Virus record (IMG/VR): IMGVR_UViG_3300020050_007300
Location: 1 to 64,000 of that record
Direction: 5' to 3' (one strand)
Length of the DNA: 64,000 bases
From: a virus
Lineage: Duplodnaviria; Caudoviricetes
Below, in pieces: positions 54,065-62,201 of this stretch. The notes under the pieces were generated by a model. The model was not told where the DNA came from, made no database searches, and saw only the letters and a list, made by a program, of their open reading frames with translations. Both the position numbers and the translations under genes were made by a program. Every line of letters starts with the position of its first letter. The stretch's first letter is position 1.

Positions 54065-54451
54065 ATGGTATATGCTACGAAAAGCTTTTCTTCCCTGGTT
54101 GGAGAGACCCTTACAGGTGTCGAAGGGTTGTCTTACGGGTCGGATAAAGTTACCTTTACCAGCCTGTCAGGCCGGACTTTTCAGCTGCATCACATACAAG
54201 ATTGTTGTGAATGCGTAAGCGTTGAAGATGTTACAGGGGACAGCAAAGACTTGTTAGGCTCACCAATTCTGGTGGCTGAAGAGGTTTCAGACGCACCCAG
54301 ACCCGAGGGTCACAAATACGCCCCCGCTGAGTCAGAGACCTGGACGTTCTACAAACTTGCCACTGTAAAGGGTTGGGTAGACATTCGTTGGTGGGGCGTG
54401 TCTAACGGTTACTACAGTGAACGAGTTGATTTTGTAGAGGTGTTGCCATGA
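54065..54451 (+). CDS. Conserved phage hypothetical protein, paralog of 48539-48901
   Basis: HIQDCCECVSVEDVTGD..DLLGSPILVAEE..WTFYKLATVKGWVDIRW. Confidence 0.75.
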   Translation: MVYATKSFSSLVGETLTGVEGLSYGSDKVTFTSLSGRTFQLHHIQDCCECVSVEDVTGDSKDLLGSPILVAEEVSDAPRPEGHKYAPAESETWTFYKLATVKGWVDIRWWGVSNGYYSERVDFVEVLP

Positions 54452-54948
54452 ACTACCCAGACACGGCTATCTACACATCTCTTTACCAGTTGTCAGGTAA
54501 CGTCAAGGACATTAACAGAGTTGTCATTACTGTGGAGGAGTTGCGTGCCCTGTTAGACAAAGATCGAGCTGAACAAGCTACCAATGCCAACCCTTGCTCC
54601 AAGGCCCACGGTGCGGTGGAGCTGGGTTTTGCCTCAAAACCGGAAGTAACTCCAACAAAGGAAGACCTTAAACAGTTGCACTCGTTTTTCTTTCAGATTA
54701 TTCACGGAGATCTTCTGGCAGATAACCCGAAAGACCTGTCAGAGGCGCTCAAGGCAAGTGCAACTGCTCACACATTAATAGCAACCTTCTCTTCGCCAGA
54801 GGTAACGCGCTATCGTTGGCTTAGAGGTGAGGCAGAGCGCGACTATGTTGAGTTTGGCGACGCGTGGCATGAGTCAGCCGAGGATCTGGACGCAGCAATT
54901 GACAGAGCTATTGCCGCCGCCCCCACTACTTCAAAGGAAGCACTGTGA
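54448..54948 (+). CDS. Hypothetical protein
   Basis: 166 aa; GAGG RBS; RYRWLR..DLDAAIDRA tail. Confidence 0.6.
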   Translation: MNYPDTAIYTSLYQLSGNVKDINRVVITVEELRALLDKDRAEQATNANPCSKAHGAVELGFASKPEVTPTKEDLKQLHSFFFQIIHGDLLADNPKDLSEALKASATAHTLIATFSSPEVTRYRWLRGEAERDYVEFGDAWHESAEDLDAAIDRAIAAAPTTSKEAL

Positions 54949-55172
54949 GCGAAGCCGAATTACTTGCACTTATAGGCGAGTTGGCTCCAGAGAGCCCTAT
55001 GAATCAAGATGAAATGGGTGGCTGTGTGCATTGCAAGGGTGGTCCGCCTGGAGAGCGCTATGGCTATGCCGACCGCTATCTATCGGACCATGGAGAAAAT
55101 TGCGTTTGGGTGAAAGCCCGTGTTGCATTGGGCGATCAGCTCCCCGCCGCCCGAATGGACCTAAAGGATTGA
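54945..55172 (+). CDS. Small Cys/His-containing hypothetical protein
   Basis: GCVHCKG..H...CVW; AAGGA RBS, GTG start. Confidence 0.6.
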   Translation: MSEAELLALIGELAPESPMNQDEMGGCVHCKGGPPGERYGYADRYLSDHGENCVWVKARVALGDQLPAARMDLKD

Positions 55173-55173
55173 C

Positions 55174-55554
55174 ATGACTTCAGAACGACTAGAAGCGCAC
55201 CGGGTGCGGTTTGAGCAGAGATACCGTGAACTGAACGGTAAAGGGTTGCAGCTAAATCGCTTTCAGGCAGGGAGCTACAAGGCCCCGCAAGTGGAACTGG
55301 CGTGGCAAGCCTACCAATGGGCACTAGCTGACGCTACCCAGTCACACCAACAGAGTGTGCAGCCGGTAGCAGATTCCGACCTGGAGAAGTTAGCTACTAA
55401 TTTGGAACTCTATTCCGATTATGAAAAGGGCCGGAGCCAAGCGGACTTCCTAGACCCGGTTTTGTTTGGACGGGCCGCGATTGCTCTCTACGCAGCCGTG
55501 CAGCCAGTAGAGGTGCAGCCTGTGGCATATGCGTTGAAGTGGCCGCATGGTTAA
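55174..55554 (+). CDS. Hypothetical protein
   Basis: 126 aa; AAGGA RBS. Confidence 0.55.
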   Translation: MTSERLEAHRVRFEQRYRELNGKGLQLNRFQAGSYKAPQVELAWQAYQWALADATQSHQQSVQPVADSDLEKLATNLELYSDYEKGRSQADFLDPVLFGRAAIALYAAVQPVEVQPVAYALKWPHG

Positions 55555-55582
55555 ATGGTGCCGGGTTTACACAGGAGCCTTT

Positions 55583-55753
55583 ATGCGATTATTCTTACTG
55601 AACGCCATTTTCTTCTCAGTGCTCGACATTGTTTACTGGGTGCTCATCTATACCGGCAAAGTCGTCTACAGCCAGAACCTGATAGACCTTGTTAGCTTTG
55701 TACTGGTTGCAGCATGGGCGGTTCTTCTCCTTGTTGAAGAAAGCAGAAAATGA
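55583..55753 (+). CDS. Small two-TM membrane protein (start revised)
   Basis: AGGAG RBS; two hydrophobic segments. Confidence 0.6.
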   Translation: MRLFLLNAIFFSVLDIVYWVLIYTGKVVYSQNLIDLVSFVLVAAWAVLLLVEESRK

Positions 55754-55947
55754 CTCACCTAATTTTCACCATAGTAGTGAACAGCGTGTTACTCGTACTG
55801 TCTATACTGGCGATGAACTACCATGACTACCACTACGCCCCTAAGCCCACCTACTGGCAGAAGATTGCGGGAGGATTGATGGCAAGCCTTGCTCTTTTCA
55901 TCGCCATACTCGTCGTTTGGGCAGCTTTCAAAATTCTTTACTCGTAA
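55750..55947 (+). CDS. Small two-TM membrane protein
   Basis: Two hydrophobic segments; ATGA coupling. Confidence 0.6.
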   Translation: MTHLIFTIVVNSVLLVLSILAMNYHDYHYAPKPTYWQKIAGGLMASLALFIAILVVWAAFKILYS

Positions 55948-55950
55948 ACC

Positions 55951-56208
55951 ATGTTCCTCAAACACAAAGACACCGGCCTTACAAAAGAGGCTTTCCAAGG
56001 GTTTTCTTGGACTACGTTTTTCTTCGGCTGCTGGCCTGCCCTGTTTCGTGGCGACGTACTCTGGTTCATCACAGGCTTTGTAGTGGTGACAGCAGGTATG
56101 CTGTTTACGGAAGGCATCGGCAGTTTTGTTTACTGCCTGACTATGGGCTTCTGCTACAACGACATTCATATGAACAACCTGCTGGAAAAAGGTTACGAAA
56201 AAGTGTAG
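55951..56208 (+). CDS. Small membrane protein (HrgC/DUF2628-like)
   Basis: GFSWTTFFFG.WPALFRGD..YN..H...LLEKGY. Confidence 0.65.
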   Translation: MFLKHKDTGLTKEAFQGFSWTTFFFGCWPALFRGDVLWFITGFVVVTAGMLFTEGIGSFVYCLTMGFCYNDIHMNNLLEKGYEKV

Positions 56209-56216
56209 CCAGGACA

Positions 56217-56244
56217 CTTAAGCAAGTCTCCGGGCTTGCTTAAG
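56217..56244 (+). terminator. Intergenic hairpin
   Basis: CTTAAGCAAG-N8-CTTGCTTAAG. Confidence 0.4.
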
Positions 56245-56303
56245 CGACTGATAACCGCTTAATTTCGTAGCAACGGCTACATAACCCTTGATAGGAATCC
56301 ATC

Positions 56304-56951
56304 ATGCACATGTTTATCACTGAAGCCCAGGGCCGGGAACTTCTGGCCAACCGCAGCAACAGCACAACAGGTAACGGAAAGCGAAAGTACGATCGCACTG
56401 GAAAGCAGATCAAAGCGCGGGTTTTCGCTGCCATTCGTTCTGCTCACGGCATTGCCAAGTCGCAGAAATTCAAGATGTACGTGGAGAACCCGGACAACCC
56501 GGACTACCTGAAAATCCGCGACAGACGCACAGGAGAGCCACTTGACAACGGCATTGCCGCCCCGGCACCAGCCCCTGTGGTGGTGGTGAAGGCTGCTCCA
56601 GCGAAGAAGGCAGCTCCGGCGAAGAAGCCCGCAGCTAAGGCCGCTCCAGTGAAGAAGGCTGCCCCTGTGAAGAAGGCCCCTGTAGACAAAAAGCCTGTGG
56701 CTAAGGTCGCTGCACCTGCCAAAACGCCAGCAAAAGCGGCCAAACCTGTCAGTAAGGTAACCACCACTGTGTCTAAAACAAAACCTGCGGCTAAGGTAGC
56801 GGCTGTTAAGGCAAAGCCGGTCGCAGCCAAGGCAAAACCTGCGGCAAAGCCAGCACCGGCTAAAAAGGTCGCTGCAAAGCCTGTGGCTAAAAAGGTAGCT
56901 GCAAAGCCTGCAGCGAAAGCACCTGCGAAGAAGGTAACCAAGGCTAAGTAA
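56304..56951 (+). CDS. Histone H1-like Lys/Ala/Pro-rich DNA-binding protein with a folded basic N-terminal domain
   Basis: C-terminal ~125 aa of KKAAP/AKPAAK repeats; AGGA RBS. Confidence 0.8.
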   Translation: MHMFITEAQGRELLANRSNSTTGNGKRKYDRTGKQIKARVFAAIRSAHGIAKSQKFKMYVENPDNPDYLKIRDRRTGEPLDNGIAAPAPAPVVVVKAAPAKKAAPAKKPAAKAAPVKKAAPVKKAPVDKKPVAKVAAPAKTPAKAAKPVSKVTTTVSKTKPAAKVAAVKAKPVAAKAKPAAKPAPAKKVAAKPVAKKVAAKPAAKAPAKKVTKAK

Positions 56952-57024
56952 GCAAGTTAAGCGGGTAAACTTCTAAGTGCGGTTTCATACCCACTATCCG
57001 CTCCACCATAACTAAAGGTGTGAG

Positions 57025-57549
57025 ATGCCAACAATCCAAGACGAGTTATTGAAGGTGCGCAAAGTTCTGAGCAGCAAACCCCTGCACGAGCAGATTTGGT
57101 TGTACCTGCGAGACAATCCAGACAAGACTGCGGCACAAGTTTTCCCTCTGTACGGGAAATCTACTTATCAAGCCCTGCACCACCTTGAGCTGCGCAAGAT
57201 GGTCACCTCAAAGCTTGAGGAGCGCTTCACCGGTAAGACTGGTCGAAAGCACATAAAAGTCTATCGGGCTATTGGCAAGGTCTACGAGTTGCTGCCGCTG
57301 CCTGCCAAGGTTAAGCTAGTGCCGCAACCGGTCAAGACCCTGCAACCTGCGCCACAACCTGCGGCCAACCCGTACCTAGTCACAAGTCCTCCTCCTCCTG
57401 CTCCTCCCCCTCCTCAGAAGAAGGTGGACGACCCTGCTACAGCGCCACAGACAGCCCAGCAAGAGATTGATGGCTGGCCCCTGTCCAAAGCCTTTGCTAC
57501 TTGGCAGTACCTGGACACAAAGTTCAACTCGAAAGAAAACCATGAATGA
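57025..57549 (+). CDS. Hypothetical protein with winged-HTH-like N-terminus and Pro-rich linker
   Basis: EQIWLYLRDNPDKTAAQV..YQALHHL pattern. Confidence 0.6.
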   Translation: MPTIQDELLKVRKVLSSKPLHEQIWLYLRDNPDKTAAQVFPLYGKSTYQALHHLELRKMVTSKLEERFTGKTGRKHIKVYRAIGKVYELLPLPAKVKLVPQPVKTLQPAPQPAANPYLVTSPPPPAPPPPQKKVDDPATAPQTAQQEIDGWPLSKAFATWQYLDTKFNSKENHE

Positions 57550-57742
57550 AGAAGTCAACGCAGCTAAAATGACAGAGGCAGCCGCAAAACTTGCCACTGC
57601 AGCAAACCTCATGACTGATACAGACCTCAAGAAAACTGGCTACTCCCAGGCGTTCCTGATTAATCAGGCATTGAATAACACGGCAAACGCCCAGATTCTT
57701 CTGGCACAGGCCCAGGGCATTTTGGAGCGTTTGCGAACGTAA
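57542..57742 (+). CDS. Small helical hypothetical protein (start revised)
   Basis: 66 aa; overlaps previous stop. Confidence 0.55.
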   Translation: MNEEVNAAKMTEAAAKLATAANLMTDTDLKKTGYSQAFLINQALNNTANAQILLAQAQGILERLRT

Positions 57743-57747
57743 GTTTA

Positions 57748-57822
57748 CTGCCCTTAGTACAGCGGACAGTACACCGGCCTTCTAAGCCGTAAACACAGGT
57801 TCGATTCCTGTAGGGCAGACCA
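57748..57822 (+). tRNA. tRNA-Arg(TCT)
   Basis: Acceptor CTGCCCT/AGGGCAG, D-stem GTAC/GTAC, loop CT-TCT-AA, T-arm ACAGG-TTCGATT-CCTGT, encoded CCA. Confidence 0.9.
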
Positions 57823-57827
57823 ATACC

Positions 57828-57902
57828 CTCAGCATAGTCTAATGGATAAGACAAGCTCCTCCTAAGAGTTAGATACAGGTTCGATTCCTGTTGCTGAGAC
57901 CA
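57828..57902 (+). tRNA. tRNA-Arg(CCT)
   Basis: Acceptor CTCAGCA/TGCTGAG, D-stem GTCT/AGAC, loop CT-CCT-AA, T-arm ACAGG-TTCGATT-CCTGT, encoded CCA. Confidence 0.92.
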
Positions 57903-57905
57903 AAC

Positions 57906-58003
57906 GTAACTGTCTTTCAAAGGACTAGGAAAACAGGGCCCGAACGTAATAGTTATAGGGAATCGCCCAGTTAATGCAGGTTCGAGCCCTGCCAGTTACA
58001 CCA
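57906..58003 (+). ncRNA. 98-nt tRNA-like RNA with an expanded anticodon arm
   Basis: Perfect acceptor GTAACTG/CAGTTAC + A + CCA, T-arm GCAGG-TTCGAGC-CCTGC, D-stem TTTC/GAAA, but about 25 nt in place of the 7-nt anticodon loop. Confidence 0.65.
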
Positions 58004-58038
58004 TCGAGCAGCAATGCTTAACTTTAAAGGATAGAGCC

Positions 58039-60081
58039 ATGTCTCTTAAAGAAGACCTGTCAGAAAAAATTGACACGGAAGAAAAATACAAGACGTTATG
58101 TCTCAACCACGGCATATCTTTCCGGCGGAACCTGTTCAGTTTTGCGGGGGCGGGCAGTTCTGTGAGTTCTCATTGGTGGGCGGCCCGGGAGAAGGCCAGA
58201 ACTACTTACGGGGTTTACGAGACAAGCTCGGTGATTGACCGGCTGAACGATAACGTGTTTATGTTCCTGCACGTATCGCTGCAGGACCGCACTATGGTGG
58301 CTTACACCCCAGACGCTCGGGCAGGCGAGTCCGACCGGCAACTGCAGACCTCTCTGGGCCGATTCTTGGTCAAGTTCTTCCCTGTGCTGTCGGATGAGTA
58401 CATCCAGGAACTGGTCGCTACGCACCTAGCAGAAATCTCTACTGAGGTAGAGTACGTCACAGGGGCAGAGAATCTCAAAGCGGCTTACCTCAATGGTGTG
58501 CATTCCTGCATGGCCAAAGAGTTCCCTGGCCTTCCGTGCCACCCAGTAGAGGCCTATGACGTACCGCAACTGTCTCTGGCTGTGCTGCGGGACAAAGCAG
58601 GAAAGATAAACGCCCGTGCACTTGTGTTTGATGGCCCAAAAGGCAAAGTTTACATCCGTGCCTACGGGGACACAAAGCTGGTCAAAAGACTTGAGCGCCA
58701 AGGTGTGCAGCAGGGAACTTTGGAAGGCGTCAAGCTCAAAGTTCTGCCTACAAGCAACGAGAACCAGTTTGTTACCCCCTACTTAGACGGAGGTGCCACA
58801 GCACTTGCACGGATTGACAATGAGTTAGTGGTAGTCTCCTCGACCACAAGGGCTGGGATTTACAGCCTTAACCCTCGCGCCGTTACAACCAGCACTGGGG
58901 CGTCGGGCGTTACTACGCTGGAAAATATGGACTCAACAGGCTTTACCTGCTATGACTACCTGACTGGCGAAGTTATCAACAGGTTGGTAGACTCTACTGT
59001 AGTCGTGTTGCACGGAGGGGTGCTCAGGCGGATAAAGACCTGCAACAGTCCACAGATGAAACTAGCGAAGAGTAACAACGGCGGCTCTTGGGAAGAGGTA
59101 CTTTGCTTCGATGAGACCTTCTTTGTACCGGAGTATCCGTACAGCTACAGTTCTCGTTTGTGGGTGGAGAACGAACAGACACGGCAAGCCCTGGGGTTCG
59201 TTCGACTGAGTGCATTTCACTACCCTGAGAGCCAGGAATGGGTACGAAACGGTTACAGGACGTCTGAGTATGTAGCTACTCCAGAAGGTTTTGTGAAATT
59301 GGCGGACGCTGTTGAGGTAGTGAGTGCTAATGGTTCAGCTGCTTACGCTCACAAAAGTGCCAAGCAAAAAGCCTGGGTACAGCTTCACGCAAACACTCGG
59401 GGTGTTAAGGCTTTTGCCTCTGACCCTTCAAGTGTCGTTCGTACTCGCTCAGGCCGGAAAGTTGTGGTCGCTTACAACGAAGTCTACGAGATGTGGGACA
59501 GCACCTACGACTTCCAAAGGAACGCTGTCTACCTAAACGTGCTGGGGATGACCTTTTACAAGGGTAGAAACGAGCGCGTAGACATGTCCCCAGGTTCGGA
59601 GCTGTTCAACCGGGCCATGGACGCGGTACTGTCTGGCTACAAGCAACTGGAGAAGGGGGTTGCTAACCTAATAGATGCTTTGGGGGCTGAGGTAGCAATC
59701 CCTGTAGACGGTTACCGACGCTACCTGTCTCACCAAGATCCTGCAATGGTGGTAAAGCATTTTCCTGTTTTTATTACAGCGGTGCTGGATAGGGGGGCTC
59801 ACGACCCTCGGGTAGCAGCGGTGTTTGATTACTACTACAAGAAGAAAGCAGAGATGCAGGCAGAGTCTTACGACAATGCAGGCAATCTGACCACCACCAA
59901 AGTGCCTACACCAGAGCAGACTCTGGTAGAGCTTACCGCAACCATTTCTCAAGATCATGACCAAACAACGGAAACCCCCCATGTCGAAATCTACCGCACC
60001 CTCCCAACCCTCACAGTCCTCCCTACAACAGCCGCCCCCTCAGTCCCCACCCTCGAAGGAAGCACAACCTATGACTTCTGA
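58039..60081 (+). CDS. Large hypothetical protein (680 aa), partner of the downstream peptidase
   Basis: AAGGA RBS; SCM..HPVEAY..ARALV..YIRAYG motif block. Confidence 0.8.
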   Translation: MSLKEDLSEKIDTEEKYKTLCLNHGISFRRNLFSFAGAGSSVSSHWWAAREKARTTYGVYETSSVIDRLNDNVFMFLHVSLQDRTMVAYTPDARAGESDRQLQTSLGRFLVKFFPVLSDEYIQELVATHLAEISTEVEYVTGAENLKAAYLNGVHSCMAKEFPGLPCHPVEAYDVPQLSLAVLRDKAGKINARALVFDGPKGKVYIRAYGDTKLVKRLERQGVQQGTLEGVKLKVLPTSNENQFVTPYLDGGATALARIDNELVVVSSTTRAGIYSLNPRAVTTSTGASGVTTLENMDSTGFTCYDYLTGEVINRLVDSTVVVLHGGVLRRIKTCNSPQMKLAKSNNGGSWEEVLCFDETFFVPEYPYSYSSRLWVENEQTRQALGFVRLSAFHYPESQEWVRNGYRTSEYVATPEGFVKLADAVEVVSANGSAAYAHKSAKQKAWVQLHANTRGVKAFASDPSSVVRTRSGRKVVVAYNEVYEMWDSTYDFQRNAVYLNVLGMTFYKGRNERVDMSPGSELFNRAMDAVLSGYKQLEKGVANLIDALGAEVAIPVDGYRRYLSHQDPAMVVKHFPVFITAVLDRGAHDPRVAAVFDYYYKKKAEMQAESYDNAGNLTTTKVPTPEQTLVELTATISQDHDQTTETPHVEIYRTLPTLTVLPTTAAPSVPTLEGSTTYDF

Positions 60082-61156
60082 GACCCTGGAGAAACCTCTG
60101 ATCGACCCACTGCTGCATCGCATCCTGAGCACACGACGCTGCCATAAGAGCAAGGGTGACACAGACTTCCGCTTGTGGTTGAACGCCTACATCAAGAGCC
60201 TTGGCTACAGCCCGGTGATTGGAGTTGAAGGTGTTATCACTGTGGTGACTGACGAGACTAGTCGAACACTGTTCAGCTGCCACGTAGACACCTGCCATTC
60301 GATGGCAGAAAGTGATGGCACTCCGCAACCACTGTCTTTTGACCCTACTATGGGCCATTTGATGCTGCTGAATAAGCAGACTTCAGGTTGCTTAGGTGCG
60401 GACGACGGTGCAGGTATCTACATCATGCTGAAGATGCTGGAGGCTAAGGTTCCCGGTGGCTACATCTTCAACACTGGGGAGGAAAAAGGGGGTATTGGCT
60501 CTCGGGCGTTCTTGGCCAAGTCCAAAGAGTGGCTTGAAAAGTACCACCGTGCTGTGGCTTTTGACCGTGCAGACACCTACGAAGTTATCTGCACTCAAGG
60601 GGGCTCACCCTGCGCTTCGGTACCTGCAGGGGAAGCCCTGTCTGCAGACCTGACGCAGTACATGGAAACTGAGTACACAGTTTCCCATCGGGGTTCGTTT
60701 ACTGACACTAAGGTTTTCGCCCAGGTTATCCCTGAGTGCTTCAACATTGGTGTTGGCTACATGTACCAGCACTCACCACAAGAGTACCAAGATGTTGACC
60801 ACCTGGAAGCACTTGTTGCTGCGGCTATTAAGGTCAAGTGGGAGAGCATTCCGACTGTGCGTAAGTGCCCTGTGATGCCACCACAGACAGAACCGAAGTA
60901 CCCAACGAGCAAGAGCTTCTTCAAGGGCCAGGACTCTTTGTGGGAGGCTGGGCCGGTCAAGGTTCCTAAAGCCTCACAAAAGGCTCAAACTCCCTCTCTT
61001 TCTCTCATGGAAGAGATTGAGGGCTACTCTTACGACGACTTCCTGGCCCTGGCGGAAGAAGAACCTACGATTACAGCGGACCTGCTGTGCTTGCTTTTTG
61101 CGAAAAAGAAAGCCCTGCAGGCGGAAGTTGACGTACTCACACGGTTCCTGAGCTGA
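60071..61156 (+). CDS. M28/M20-family zinc peptidase-like protein (start revised to 60071)
   Basis: CHVDT, GADDGAG, GEEKGGIGS, AFDR, YQHS metal-ligand set; GAAGGA RBS. Confidence 0.85.
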   Translation: MTSETLEKPLIDPLLHRILSTRRCHKSKGDTDFRLWLNAYIKSLGYSPVIGVEGVITVVTDETSRTLFSCHVDTCHSMAESDGTPQPLSFDPTMGHLMLLNKQTSGCLGADDGAGIYIMLKMLEAKVPGGYIFNTGEEKGGIGSRAFLAKSKEWLEKYHRAVAFDRADTYEVICTQGGSPCASVPAGEALSADLTQYMETEYTVSHRGSFTDTKVFAQVIPECFNIGVGYMYQHSPQEYQDVDHLEALVAAAIKVKWESIPTVRKCPVMPPQTEPKYPTSKSFFKGQDSLWEAGPVKVPKASQKAQTPSLSLMEEIEGYSYDDFLALAEEEPTITADLLCLLFAKKKALQAEVDVLTRFLS

Positions 61157-61530
61157 TGGCTACGACCCTCCACCAAGAGGGTTACATAGAGGTCACAGAC
61201 CTTGGCGTAACCCTCCGCACACTACTTGCGGTTGCTGCTGACGGATACAAAGTTAGGCAGCGTCGCAAGTGGAGTGTGCGTTACAAGGGCGCTGTGATCG
61301 GTTGGCTGCAGATTAAAGACGACCACCTTAAACTGGTTAAAGGAAAACGCAATGACGTTAATCGAAGTAATCCCACATCTACAAGCAGGCAAGCAGGCGC
61401 ACTGCCTGGACTGGGGTTGGAGGAAAGAGGCACGAGTGTACGCACTCAAGGGTTTCCCTGTCCTGCAGATTCGGAACGGAGGCTGGACACACCCGGATGT
61501 GTACGAGATGTACACACCGACGATTCCTGA
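61156..61530 (+). CDS. Hypothetical protein (3' part overlaps the next gene)
   Basis: TGATG coupling; first ~65 aa look protein-like, the tail overlaps 61352-61567. Confidence 0.45.
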   Translation: MATTLHQEGYIEVTDLGVTLRTLLAVAADGYKVRQRRKWSVRYKGAVIGWLQIKDDHLKLVKGKRNDVNRSNPTSTSRQAGALPGLGLEERGTSVRTQGFPCPADSERRLDTPGCVRDVHTDDS

Positions 61531-61567
61531 ACTTTTGTCTGACAGATGGGAAGTCTGTGCAGTTTAG
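61352..61567 (+). CDS. Tad2-like (DUF2829-type) small protein, candidate signal sponge
   Basis: MTLIEVIPHLQAGK..DW N-terminus and YTPTIPELLSDRWEV C-terminus; AAGGA RBS. Confidence 0.55.
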   Translation: MTLIEVIPHLQAGKQAHCLDWGWRKEARVYALKGFPVLQIRNGGWTHPDVYEMYTPTIPELLSDRWEVCAV

Positions 61568-61752
61568 AGACTACAAAGGTGAAAGGCCTGTAGTCGTTGT
61601 TACCGATTCAGGTGCAAAAGTTGCAGGTTTTTTCTCCATTAAGGCAGCAATTCCAACAGCGATGGAAGGCAGGTCGCGGCACATACTGGTTATGAAGCAC
61701 TCCCTGTGGACCATCTATTCCTCATACTACAAGGGTAGGAAAGTAAAAACTT

Positions 61753-62088
61753 ATGAAGTTCATCACAAACATGTTCAACCCCAGCATCGAAACACTTGTT
61801 CAGCGGGAGCTGGAGCGGAATCAGGTAGCCCTGCTGCAGGCCTACGGAACCCTTGAGTCCTGGCAAGCCCAGGTGACAATGCTGGAGGCCAAGGTCAAAC
61901 GACTCGACGCGCAGAAACAAGCTTTTGCGGCAGCTTCGGGCCTTGTAGGTGAGTTCGATCTGAAGGTCACGATGGAAGAACCTGCAGCACCCAAAGAGGC
62001 AAGGCAAGGCTTTCAGCGGGGAGAGAAAGTAACCCCTGCAAAGGCCTCAACAAAGAAGCCTGTAAAGGCTAACGAGCAACCCACCTGA
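61753..62088 (+). CDS. Coiled-coil hypothetical protein
   Basis: FNP..ETLVQRELE..LLQA..LEAKVKRL. Confidence 0.65.
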   Translation: MKFITNMFNPSIETLVQRELERNQVALLQAYGTLESWQAQVTMLEAKVKRLDAQKQAFAAASGLVGEFDLKVTMEEPAAPKEARQGFQRGEKVTPAKASTKKPVKANEQPT

Positions 62089-62139
62089 CTTATGTGGAAA
62101 ATACGCAACAGATCACCTCCTGAAAAATAGTTAAAACTT

Positions 62140-62169
62140 TTCACCATTCTCAGATTTTCTCGTTATACT
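62140..62169 (+). promoter_or_regulatory. Possible sigma70 promoter
   Basis: TTCACC - 18 bp - TATACT upstream of 62202. Confidence 0.4.
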
Positions 62170-62201
62170 AACGACTTCAACCAACCAAAAGGAATTTTCA
62201 A

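Noticed and set aside
56504-56941. 145-aa minus-strand Ala/Phe/Gly-rich ORF
   Set aside because: Antisense shadow of the Lys/Ala repeat gene
59957-60081. Long dual-coding overlap between the 680-aa gene and the peptidase
   Set aside because: A better start with a GAAGGA RBS exists at 60071; the extension is low-complexity Pro/Ser/Gln
61156-61856. Extensive overlaps of ORFs 61156-61530 and 61497-61856 with their downstream genes as deliberate overprinting
   Set aside because: The overlapping tails look like non-protein read-through; true starts and ends cannot be fixed from sequence alone, so 61497-61856 is not listed as a feature
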